Origin: an uncultured Acidobacteriota bacterium
GTDB lineage: Bacteria; Acidobacteriota; Vicinamibacteria; Marinacidobacterales; Marinacidobacteraceae
DNA: 39,365 nucleotides
Assembly (NCBI GenBank): GCA_964448205.1
Contig: CAYUVU010000332.1
Location: forward strand, 1 to 39,365
Direction of reading: 5' to 3'
The notes under the pieces are model-generated. The model saw only the letters and a program-made list of their open reading frames with translations. It was not told where the DNA came from and searched no databases. Positions 1-7,473 of this stretch are shown here, one piece after another. Numbering within the stretch: position 1 is the first letter of the stretch; each line of letters starts with the position of its first letter. The position numbers were made by a program, and so were the translations under genes.

Positions 1-57
1 GCACACCCCTGACAAAGTGGGTGTCGTTTAAGACCGATCCTTACCTGTCGTTTGACA
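1..57. mobile_element. Probable terminus of an IS21-like insertion sequence (rest lies outside the window)
   Basis: Reverse complement reads TGTCAAACGACAGGTAAGGATCGGTCTTAAACGACACCCACTTTG: 5'-TGT end, AAACGACA repeated 24 nt apart, lower GC than flanks, and joined to a half REP. No transposase visible. Confidence 0.5.
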
Positions 58-85
58 GCCGGCACAGCCCGCCGGAGGCGGGCGG
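58..85 (+). repeat. Truncated REP-like element (right half)
   Basis: gccggcacagcccgccggaggcgggcgg matches 19137-19164 with one mismatch; the left half (ggaacgccggcttca) is absent. Confidence 0.75.
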
Positions 86-91
86 AAGCAG

Positions 92-361
92 CTACCGCAG
101 CAGCGTCACCAATCCGACGATGACGGCCGTCTGCGCCAGCAGCGCCCCGAACACCCACTTGACGAGCCGCGTCTCGAGCTCCGCGAGCTCACGCCGCAGG
201 TCCGCCTTGGTGGCGTAGTTGGCCAGGGTCGCCTCCAGGTCCTCCCTGGTGACGAAGCCGGCCAGATCCTCCTTGGTGGCGAAACCTGCCATGGTCTCGC
301 GGATCTGCCGGAGTTCAGCCAGCACCGGCTTGAGGCCGTCGGCAGCGATCTCCGAAGTCAT
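92..361 (-). CDS. DUF1640/CCDC90-like coiled-coil protein with C-terminal TM helix
   Basis: From ATG at 361: repeated (A/V)T(K/R)xDL motifs, LETRLVKW, hydrophobic C-terminus. Confidence 0.75.
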   Translation of the reverse strand: MTSEIAADGLKPVLAELRQIRETMAGFATKEDLAGFVTREDLEATLANYATKADLRRELAELETRLVKWVFGALLAQTAVIVGLVTLLR

Positions 362-454
362 GGCGCGTATCCGCTGATCCGCGGTATACGCAAGCGCTGC
401 ATCCCATCCGCTCTCCACGAGCAGGTGAAAGAGCGTGCCTTCCGGAGGCGATTT

Positions 455-494
455 GGGGGCTGCCGAGCCGGGGTGACGCGCCGGCGTTCCAAGC
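455..494 (-). repeat. Degenerate REP-like element
   Basis: Minus strand gcttggaacgccggcg shares the repeat core and abuts the gpmA stop codon. Confidence 0.55.
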
Positions 495-1240
495 TAAGGA
501 CGCTGGATCGCCTTCGCGATCCCGTCGGCGAGCTCCTCTTCCCCCGCCAGGTAGCGCTGCCCGAGCACGCCGAGCCCTTCGTCCAGCCGGTACACCAGCG
601 GTATCCCGGTCGGGATGTTCCGCTGCTGGATCTCCGCCGGCCCGATGCCCTCGAGATGCATGACGAGCGAGCGCAGGCTGTTGCCGTGCGCGACCACCAG
701 CACCGGACCCGCCGCGAGGTCGGGAACGATTCGCCGGTCCCAGTACGGGATCACCCGCTCGGCGGTGTCCCGCAGCGATTCGCCGCGCGGCAGGACTTCC
801 ACCGGAACCTGGGCATAGCGCTCATCGAACCGCGGGTGCCGCCGGTCGTCGAGGTCCACCGGCGGCGGCGGATCGGCGTAACTGCGGCGCCAGGCGAGCG
901 TCCGGTCCGGCCCGAACTCGCGCTCCGTTTCGGCCTTGTTCTTCCCCTGGAGCCGCCCGTAGTGGCGTTCGTTCAGCTCCCAGGCATACCGGATCGGGAG
1001 GTCCGGCAGATCGAGCCGGCCCAGGACTTCCTCGAGCGTGTGGATGGCGCGCTGCAGGAGCGAGGTGTGCGCCACCGCCGGAACGATCCCGGCCTCCCGC
1101 AACTGGTCCCCGGAGCGGCGCGCCTGCTCGTGTCCCGTGTTGGTCAGCGGCACGTCCGCCCAGCCGGTGAACCGGTTCTCCCGGTTCCAGACGCTCTCCC
1201 CGTGGCGGAGGAGGACCAGCGTGCGTTCGGGGCCGCTCAT
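494..1240 (-). CDS. gpmA: 2,3-bisphosphoglycerate-dependent phosphoglycerate mutase
   Basis: LVLLRHGES, RFTGWADVPL, LNERHYG, AHGNSLR motifs; ATG overlaps the pckA stop (ATGA). Confidence 0.95.
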   Translation of the reverse strand: MSGPERTLVLLRHGESVWNRENRFTGWADVPLTNTGHEQARRSGDQLREAGIVPAVAHTSLLQRAIHTLEEVLGRLDLPDLPIRYAWELNERHYGRLQGKNKAETEREFGPDRTLAWRRSYADPPPPVDLDDRRHPRFDERYAQVPVEVLPRGESLRDTAERVIPYWDRRIVPDLAAGPVLVVAHGNSLRSLVMHLEGIGPAEIQQRNIPTGIPLVYRLDEGLGVLGQRYLAGEEELADGIAKAIQRP

Positions 1241-2907
1241 CCCGACGGGACGAGCGGGGCCTCGCTGGCCGCGGACGGGGCCGGGATCCCCAGCTCCTTC
1301 GCGTTCTCCTCGAACATCTCGCTCAGCATCCGCGCCTGGCGGTCGTAGGCGGCGGGGTCGTCCCAGGCGCCGCGAGGCTCGAGCACGCGCGCCGGTACGC
1401 CCGGACACGCGCGCGGGATGCCGAGCCCGAAGACCGGCTCCCGGTCGAATCCGGCCCGGTCGATCTCGCCGCTCAGGGCCGCGCGGACCAGTTGCCGGGT
1501 GAGCGCCAGCGGCATCCGGTCCGCGACCCCGCAGGGGCCGCCCGCCCAGCCGGTGTTCACGAGATAGCAGCGGACGTCCTGCTCCTCGATGCGGCGTCCC
1601 AGGAGCCCGGCGTACACCTCGGGCCGCCGGGTCATGAAGGGCGCCCCGAAGCAGGCGCTGAAGGTCGCCTGCGGTTCGCTGATCCCCCGTTCGGTGCCGG
1701 CGACCTTGGCGGTGTAGCCGGACATGAAGTGGTGCATCGCCTGCTCCGACGACAGACGGGAGATCGGGGGCAGGACACCGAAGGCGTCGGCGGTCAGCAT
1801 CAGCACCACTTCCGGCTGCCCGCCGGCGCCGCTCTTCGAAGCGCTCGGGATGTGGGTGACCGGGTAGGAAGCGCGGGTGTTCTCGGTGAACTCGGCGCTG
1901 TCGAGATCGAGCCGCCGCGTGTCCTCGTGCACCACGACGTTCTCGAGGATGGTGCCGAACTTCCGGGTGGTGGCGTGGATCTCGGGCTCGCCGGTCCGCG
2001 AGAGCCGGATCACCTTGGCGTAGCAGCCGCCTTCGAAGTTGAAGACGCCGTCCGTCCCCCAGCCGTGCTCGTCGTCGCCGATCAGGACCCTTCCGGGGTC
2101 CGCCGAGAGCGTCGTCTTGCCGGTGCCCGAGAGGCCGAAGAAGATGGCGAGGTTCCCGCCGTGCGCGTCGGTGTTCGCGGCGCAGTGCATCGGCAGCACG
2201 TCGTGCTCCGGCATCAGCCAGTTCATCACCGAGAACACCGACTTCTTGATCTCCCCGGCGTAGGCGGTGCCGCCGATCAGGATCTCCTTCCGCTCGAAGT
2301 TGACGATGACGAACACCTCGGAACGGGTGCCGTCCTGGTCGGGCGCGGCGCGGAACCGGGGGGCGGCGATGACGGTGTACTGCGGCAGATGCTCGCTCAG
2401 CACGTCGCGGTTCCGCGACCTCACGAACATGTTGCGCGCGAACAGGCTCTGCCAGGCTTCGGTCGTGATGACCCGGAGCGGCATGCGGAAACGCGGATGG
2501 GCGCCGACGAAGCAGTCCTGGACGAACAGCTCGCGGTTCTGCAGGTACGCCGTGAGCCGCCAGCGCAGCCGGTCGTAGCGCGCCTTGGGGAACGGCTGGT
2601 TGTGCGGACCCCACCAGACGTCGGGATTCGGGCCCGGCCCGCCCACCACGTACTTGTCCGAGGGGGACCGGCCGGTGAACTCCCCGGTGCGGACCACGAT
2701 CGGGCCTCCGTGGGCCAGGATCGCCTCGCCCCGGAACACGGCTTCCTGCGTCAGCGCCGCGCTCGAGAGGTTCCAGAAGACCCGGCGCGGATACCGGATG
2801 CCGGCGAGCTTGAGGCCGTGACGGCTCTGGGCGAAGCCGCGATGCTCGGTCTGGAGGTGGGTCAAGGACGGGGGTGATTCTAGTGGCCCGGCGGTCCTCC
2901 GGGACAC
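1237..2907 (-). CDS. pckA: Phosphoenolpyruvate carboxykinase (ATP)
   Basis: TGRSPSDK, YAGEIKKSVF, GLSGTGKTTLS, LIGDDEHGW, FNFEGGCYAK, ENTRASYP. Confidence 0.97.
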   Translation of the reverse strand: MSRRTAGPLESPPSLTHLQTEHRGFAQSRHGLKLAGIRYPRRVFWNLSSAALTQEAVFRGEAILAHGGPIVVRTGEFTGRSPSDKYVVGGPGPNPDVWWGPHNQPFPKARYDRLRWRLTAYLQNRELFVQDCFVGAHPRFRMPLRVITTEAWQSLFARNMFVRSRNRDVLSEHLPQYTVIAAPRFRAAPDQDGTRSEVFVIVNFERKEILIGGTAYAGEIKKSVFSVMNWLMPEHDVLPMHCAANTDAHGGNLAIFFGLSGTGKTTLSADPGRVLIGDDEHGWGTDGVFNFEGGCYAKVIRLSRTGEPEIHATTRKFGTILENVVVHEDTRRLDLDSAEFTENTRASYPVTHIPSASKSGAGGQPEVVLMLTADAFGVLPPISRLSSEQAMHHFMSGYTAKVAGTERGISEPQATFSACFGAPFMTRRPEVYAGLLGRRIEEQDVRCYLVNTGWAGGPCGVADRMPLALTRQLVRAALSGEIDRAGFDREPVFGLGIPRACPGVPARVLEPRGAWDDPAAYDRQARMLSEMFEENAKELGIPAPSAASEAPLVPSG

Positions 2908-2929
2908 CCCGGGCGGCGCTCCTCCGGAG

Positions 2930-3730
2930 TCAGGCGCGGCCGGCGGGACCCGTCCCGTCCAGGCCGCTCTGGATGGCGCCGCGCACCCGTTCCATCAGCG
3001 CTCCGATCGCTTCCCGGTCCTGGGGATCGATGTCCGTGGTCTCGATGGGTTCGTGATAGCGGACCTGAATGGTCCCGGGATAGATCAGCTTGCCCCCCTT
3101 GGGGAGCACGTCCCGCGCTCCGGTGACGGTGATCGGCACCACCGGCACCCCCGCCCGGGCCGCGAGCCGGAAGCCGCCCGATTTGAAGGGGCCGAGCTTC
3201 CCGGTGCGGCTCCGCGTCCCTTCGGGGGCGATCACGAAGGACCGGCCGTTCTTCATGGCCGTGACCGCCGCTTCGAGGCTCGCCCGCGCCGCCTTCGGGT
3301 TGGAGCGGTCCACGGGCGTGAAGCCGGCCGCGCGAAACGCCCCGCCGAGCACCGGGACGCGGAACGCCTCTTTCTTGATCAGCGTCCCGTTCGCCTTCGG
3401 GAGCAGATAGAGCACCTGCGGCATGTCGGCCAGCGACTGGTGGTTGGGCATGTAGACGCGCGTCCGGAACGGCTCGACGCGGCGCCGGTCCACCTCGTGC
3501 ATGCGGATGCCGCCGACGAACCACAACACCCAGACGATCCGGCGTCCGATCTCGTAGCCGAGACGGTGGCGGCCGCTGAGCACGTCCCCGAGCGGCATCA
3601 GCATCAGCCCGGCCAGCAACAGGAACGGCAGGACCAGCGCGATGCCTACGGTACCCACCACGGCGCGGGCGGTGCGGAGCCGTCCGCTCCAGCGGGGCGG
3701 CCGCACGATGGTCTCCGGGTGAGGGCTCAC
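2930..3730 (-). CDS. plsC: 1-acyl-sn-glycerol-3-phosphate acyltransferase
   Basis: NHQSLAD (HX4D) and PEGTRS motifs, N-terminal TM segment. Confidence 0.9.
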   Translation of the reverse strand: MSPHPETIVRPPRWSGRLRTARAVVGTVGIALVLPFLLLAGLMLMPLGDVLSGRHRLGYEIGRRIVWVLWFVGGIRMHEVDRRRVEPFRTRVYMPNHQSLADMPQVLYLLPKANGTLIKKEAFRVPVLGGAFRAAGFTPVDRSNPKAARASLEAAVTAMKNGRSFVIAPEGTRSRTGKLGPFKSGGFRLAARAGVPVVPITVTGARDVLPKGGKLIYPGTIQVRYHEPIETTDIDPQDREAIGALMERVRGAIQSGLDGTGPAGRA

Positions 3731-3765
3731 CAGCTCAGTTTCGCCGACCCGTGTCCGGCGGAGGG

Positions 3766-4404
3766 TCAGTAGCGGTTGATCGAGATCGAAACCGGCCGCC
3801 GTCCACTGCCGGACTTGGCCACCCGGCGGCGCTTGGGCGGACGGAGGGGCACCACGCTGGTGGCCGCCCCGGTTCCTCCGTCGCTCTCCCCCTCGCCGGC
3901 CTCGACGCCGTTGTCTCCGTTCCGGCTGCGGCGGAGCGCCTCCACGACCTTGCGCTCGACCGCCTCGAGGGTCTCGGCGGCGACTTCCGCGACCTCGGTC
4001 ACGGTGAGTTGATGCGCCCGGTCGAGCATCCGCTTCTCGCGGAAGGAGAGGGTCTTTCGCTCGCTGAGATAGAAGAGCCCCTTGAGGACTCCGGCAACCT
4101 CGACGGGCGAACCGCTCTTCATGCGGTCCGAGTTGTCCTTGTAACGGGTCTTCCAGTTGATCTGCTCATCGACCGCGCCGTTCTCGAGCACGTCGAGAAC
4201 TTCCTCGACGTCGCTCTCGGTCATGATCGGCCGTAGCCCGACCTCGTCGACCTTGTCGATGGGAACCATGACCAGCGTCGATTTCGCCAACAGCCGCAGG
4301 CGATAGAAACTCGGTCCCGCATCTCCGTTGGTGGATTCAATACTCTCGACAACGCTGATCCCCTGATTCGGGTAGATCACCTTGTCCCCAACTTCAAACC
4401 GCAT
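3766..4404 (-). CDS. carD: CarD/CdnL family RNA polymerase-binding regulator
   Basis: FEVGDKVIYPNQG, VMVP..VGLR, NWKTRYK, LSFREKRML; basic low-complexity C-terminal tail. Confidence 0.92.
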   Translation of the reverse strand: MRFEVGDKVIYPNQGISVVESIESTNGDAGPSFYRLRLLAKSTLVMVPIDKVDEVGLRPIMTESDVEEVLDVLENGAVDEQINWKTRYKDNSDRMKSGSPVEVAGVLKGLFYLSERKTLSFREKRMLDRAHQLTVTEVAEVAAETLEAVERKVVEALRRSRNGDNGVEAGEGESDGGTGAATSVVPLRPPKRRRVAKSGSGRRPVSISINRY

Positions 4405-4453
4405 CAATACTCAGCGACGCCTCCCGGTAGCGTTTCGAATACGCGAACCGTTA

Positions 4454-4482
4454 ATCATACCACACCCCCGAACCGCCGGGAA
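4454..4482 (-). promoter_or_regulatory. Putative sigma-70 promoter of carD (extended -10)
   Basis: Minus strand TTCCCG-17 nt-TATGAT with TG at the extended -10 position (TGgTATGAT). Confidence 0.45.
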
Positions 4483-4614
4483 ACGCTGGCATTCTTGGGA
4501 TTTGGCGCGCCTTCCGGCCGTGGCGAACGGGGCCTTCGCCGCCGCCGGGACACCGAAGAACCGTGACCTCTCGTTGGTAGACTGTGACTCCGGGCGCCGG
4601 GCGCTTCGGGGTTT

Positions 4615-4702
4615 GCCGGAGTGGCGGAATTGGTAGACGCACGGGACTCAAAATCCCGCGGTCCTCGTGATCATGAGGGTTCGAGTCCCTCCTCCGGCAC
4701 CA
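4615..4702 (+). tRNA. tRNA-Leu(CAA)
   Basis: GCCGGAG/CTCCGGC acceptor stem, anticodon arm CGGGA-CTCAAAA-TCCCG, long variable arm, GGTTCGAGTCC, encoded CCA. Confidence 0.97.
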
Positions 4703-4866
4703 GGTCGAGCGGTCCCCGCTCGGGGCCATTGGACAGGACGGTTCGATTCACTGGGCGGCGGGAGGTGAGGCCCCGAGCGGGAACCGCCCGGCGCTGCGCG
4801 CCGGCATCGAAACTCCCTTGCGCGCCTCCGGCGCGCGGCGGCGAGTTCCGATGTACGTTTCCGTTT

Positions 4867-4955
4867 TGTGAAAGGGGGGGCTCGCCCCCCCTTTCACACT
4901 TTCCCCCCCGAACCGCGGGGGTCGGGGCGAGGGGCCGCTCGGTAGCGTCCCCCCG
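4867..4955. repeat. Strong hairpin / G-C-run palindromic element
   Basis: tgtgaaaggggggg-ctcg-ccccccctttcaca perfect 14-bp stem followed by further GC hairpins. Confidence 0.55.
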
Positions 4956-4968
4956 TTAACCTGAGCCG

Positions 4969-5301
4969 ATGGTCCATCCTGAACTTCTCGAGATTCTCTG
5001 TTGCCCGGAGACCCGGCAGCCGGTGCGCGAGGCGCACGAGGCGCTCGTGGAATCCGTGAACCGGGCCATCCGCGACGGCAGCCTCAGCGTGCCCGCCGGC
5101 GGGGAGACGGGCGCCCTGGACGGCGGCCTGGTCCGGGAGGACGGGAAGTTCCTCTATCCGGTGCGCAACGGGATTCCGATCATGCTGATCGAGGAACGCA
5201 TCGCGATTCCGGCCCCGGAGGGCGACGCGGGTTCAGCCGAGAATGTTGAAGAGGACGGCGACGCCGGACATCATCCAGTGGAGACTGGCGCCGGGGCCTG
5301 A
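4969..5301 (+). CDS. Trm112 family protein
   Basis: LLEILCCP ... YPVRNGIPIML signature. Confidence 0.85.
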   Translation: MVHPELLEILCCPETRQPVREAHEALVESVNRAIRDGSLSVPAGGETGALDGGLVREDGKFLYPVRNGIPIMLIEERIAIPAPEGDAGSAENVEEDGDAGHHPVETGAGA

Positions 5302-5688
5302 GAGGATCGCCCGCCGGAGCGCGCCGGCCGGCTCCGTCATCTCGGCGGCCGCCGCCATCTCGGTGCCCATCAGCGGCGGTTCCGCGGATCCCTCGAAGAC
5401 GCCGTCGTAGAGCCGCTGCAACCGCTCGTCGGTCCGGGTGAGCGAGGCGTCCATCCACCAGAGCCAGAGGGCGGCCGGGATCGCGGCCAGCCGCAGGAGC
5501 AGCCATCCCTGCAGGACGCCGAAGCCGATGGCGCCCGCCACCACGGCCACGCTGCCGCGCTTCAGCCAGAGCGACTTCCTGGCCACGGCGGCGCGGGAGT
5601 CCTGGATCCGGTCCAGGCCGACGTCCCGCTCCGTACGCGGCGCCTTCGGCCGCTCGGCGCGCAGGGGGGAGTGGGCGGTGCGGGGCAC
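5233..5688 (-). CDS. Hypothetical membrane protein
   Basis: GTG overlaps the upstream TAG; two to three hydrophobic segments. Confidence 0.6.
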   Translation of the reverse strand: MPRTAHSPLRAERPKAPRTERDVGLDRIQDSRAAVARKSLWLKRGSVAVVAGAIGFGVLQGWLLLRLAAIPAALWLWWMDASLTRTDERLQRLYDGVFEGSAEPPLMGTEMAAAAEMTEPAGALRRAILSGPGASLHWMMSGVAVLFNILG

Positions 5689-6017
5689 TAGTGAACGGTG
5701 GAGGAATCGGTTCCCTGGGGGCGGGGGACGCCCTCGCCCTCGGTCTGCTCCACGGCGCTCAACTGGGTCTCGAGCATCTTGATGAGGGCGGGGACGATCC
5801 GGAAGGGAAGCGTGATCCGGGTCTTGGGATCCGCGTGCACGACCGGTTCGCCGGATGCGTCGGTGTGCGAGAGATCCTCCGGCTGGATGCCGGTGAGGCT
5901 GCAGAAGGTGATCGTCAGATCGAAGGGTGAGTGCGTCGCTTCGCAGAAGTTCGCGTACACCTCCGGACAGGACACATCCCGCCGAGCCTTGATCTTGAAC
6001 GTTTTCTTCATGTCCAT
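5688..6017 (-). CDS. DUF3467-like protein
   Basis: VYANFCEATHSPFDLTITF and RITLP..LIKMLETQL pattern; GGGAG RBS. Confidence 0.75.
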   Translation of the reverse strand: MDMKKTFKIKARRDVSCPEVYANFCEATHSPFDLTITFCSLTGIQPEDLSHTDASGEPVVHADPKTRITLPFRIVPALIKMLETQLSAVEQTEGEGVPRPQGTDSSTVH

Positions 6018-6063
6018 GGCAACTCCCGAAGCCGGACCTCCGGAAGACGGAGGTTGCCGACGG

Positions 6064-6138
6064 TAGCGGGGGGCGGACTTGAACCGCCGACCTAAGGGTT
6101 ATGAGTCCTTCGCTCTGACCGGACTGAGCTACCCCGCC
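6064..6138 (-). tRNA. tRNA-Met(CAT), probably elongator; CCA not encoded
   Basis: GGCGGGGTAGCTCAG...AAGGA-CTCATAA-CCCTT...GGTTCAAGTCC...CCCCGCTA, followed by CCG. Ile2 not fully excluded. Confidence 0.92.
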
Positions 6139-6182
6139 AACCGAATTTCGTCGGAACCGACCGATTTTACCACCGGGAACAC

Positions 6183-6199
6183 TTGGCACATCCGTTGCG
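6183..6199 (+). promoter_or_regulatory. Sigma-54 (-24/-12) promoter
   Basis: TTGGCACATCCGTTGCG: GG-N10-GC, matches TGGCAC-N5-TTGC; about 48 nt upstream of ATG 6247. Confidence 0.75.
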
Positions 6200-6246
6200 T
6201 TCTCGTCCGATACACCGCGCGCCGGAGCGCGGAAAGGAGTCCTCCC

Positions 6247-6876
6247 ATGAAGCAGAGCAAGAGTCCCGCGCCGGTCCGATCCGGCCTCTTCCGTACGCTC
6301 CTGATCGCGGCGCCGTTCGCCCTGTTCTTTGCCGGGCAGGCCGCCGCGGAACCGCCCCCGGAGGCGGATGCCCGGGTCCTCGCCACGTCCTCGGCGGAGC
6401 CCACGCTCGAGACGGCCTCGCAGCCGGGCCGCGAGCGGATGGCGCGCCGGTTCGACCGGCGTTCCTTCAGCCAGGAACGCCGCGCCCGCCGGGGTGCGCG
6501 CCGTGAAGGCCGCTCCGGTCCGGCGGCGGCCTGGTTCGGACGTCGCGCGGCCGCGGCGCTCGACCTCACCGAGGAGCAGCGCGACCAGATGCGGGAGGCG
6601 ATGCGGGAAATCAGCGACAGCCGCCGGACCAGCCGGCGGGAAGTTGCCGACGCCCGGCGTTCCTTCCAGCGGGCGGCCCGGGACCTCGAACGCAGCGCCG
6701 AGGAAGTTCAGGCGCTGGGCGAGGCGCTTGGCAGGGCCCAGGCCGACCAGGCGCTCCAGCGGAGGTCCGAACGCGAGCGGATCGCCGGCATCCTGACCGA
6801 GGAGCAGCGAGAGCGGCTCGACCAGATGCGCGAGCGGCGCGGACCGCGCGCGCGGAACGTCCGCCGCCGCGGCTGA
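6247..6876 (+). CDS. Spy/CpxP/ZraP-family periplasmic protein
   Basis: Signal peptide, two LTEEQ (LTxxQ) motifs, helical charged sequence, AAGGAG RBS. Confidence 0.85.
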   Translation: MKQSKSPAPVRSGLFRTLLIAAPFALFFAGQAAAEPPPEADARVLATSSAEPTLETASQPGRERMARRFDRRSFSQERRARRGARREGRSGPAAAWFGRRAAAALDLTEEQRDQMREAMREISDSRRTSRREVADARRSFQRAARDLERSAEEVQALGEALGRAQADQALQRRSERERIAGILTEEQRERLDQMRERRGPRARNVRRRG

Positions 6877-6912
6877 GGGCTCGCCGCCCCGCCACCAATC
6901 GGGTAGCGCGTA

Positions 6913-7078
6913 CGGCCTGGAACGCCGGCTTCAGCCGGCACAGCGGCCCGCAGGGCCGCGGGCGGTTCGTCGCTACCCTGGATGAATTGGCGCGCGCAGC
7001 GAAGCCACCCGGCACACGAGGTCCGTCCCGCCGCCGCCTGCGGCGGGCTGTGCCGGCTGAAGCCGGCGCTCCAAGCCG
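6913..7078. repeat. 166-bp REPIN/MITE-like element (copy 1)
   Basis: Inverted arms cggcctggaacgccggcttcagccggcacagc ... gctgtgccggctgaagccggcgctccaagccg, between convergent genes. Confidence 0.85.
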
Positions 7079-7085
7079 CAGACTC

Positions 7086-7349
7086 CTAAGCCCGCGCTTC
7101 TTCCTCTTCTTCCTCGGCCTCGAGCAGGGTCCGCTCGTCCTCGGTCAACACGTCGGCCATCTTCCAGACCGGCTCCTGGGGACCCGGGACGATCCCCTCG
7201 ATGTCCCGGTCGCCCTCCCCGGGCACGGCCATCGACCGCTCCTTCTCGATGGCGCGTTCGCGGCGCCGCAACTCCTTGGCCCGCTGGCGGGCCACACGCT
7301 CCTTCTCCTTGCGGCGCTTGAGGAACGTCTGTCGGGAACGGTTGGCCAT
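7086..7349 (-). CDS. Small hypothetical protein (basic N-terminus, acidic C-terminus)
   Basis: MANRSRQTFLKRRKEKER...DIEGIVPGPQ...EEEEEE; coding-like codon usage; upstream TGcTAGCAT. Confidence 0.7.
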   Translation of the reverse strand: MANRSRQTFLKRRKEKERVARQRAKELRRRERAIEKERSMAVPGEGDRDIEGIVPGPQEPVWKMADVLTEDERTLLEAEEEEEEARA

Positions 7350-7473
7350 GGGCTGCGGGAATGCTAGCAAGCGCCCTCCCGAGGAGATAGCCGCGGACGG
7401 ATTCGGGGCCGCGTGGCCATATGCTCCCGGGTTCTCCCGCCTCGGGAATTTGCCCTCACAGGAGGTCGGTCGA

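Noticed and set aside
1241-2614. 706-aa ORF 494..2614 as a long gpmA fusion
   Set aside because: The N-terminal part is an off-frame shadow of pckA; gpmA starts at ATG 1240.
4615-6138. Genomic island integrated at either tRNA
   Set aside because: No integrase and no duplicated tRNA 3' end seen in the window.
6913-7078. Palindromic repeats as a CRISPR array
   Set aside because: Inverted and dispersed, no regular repeat-spacer series, no cas genes.
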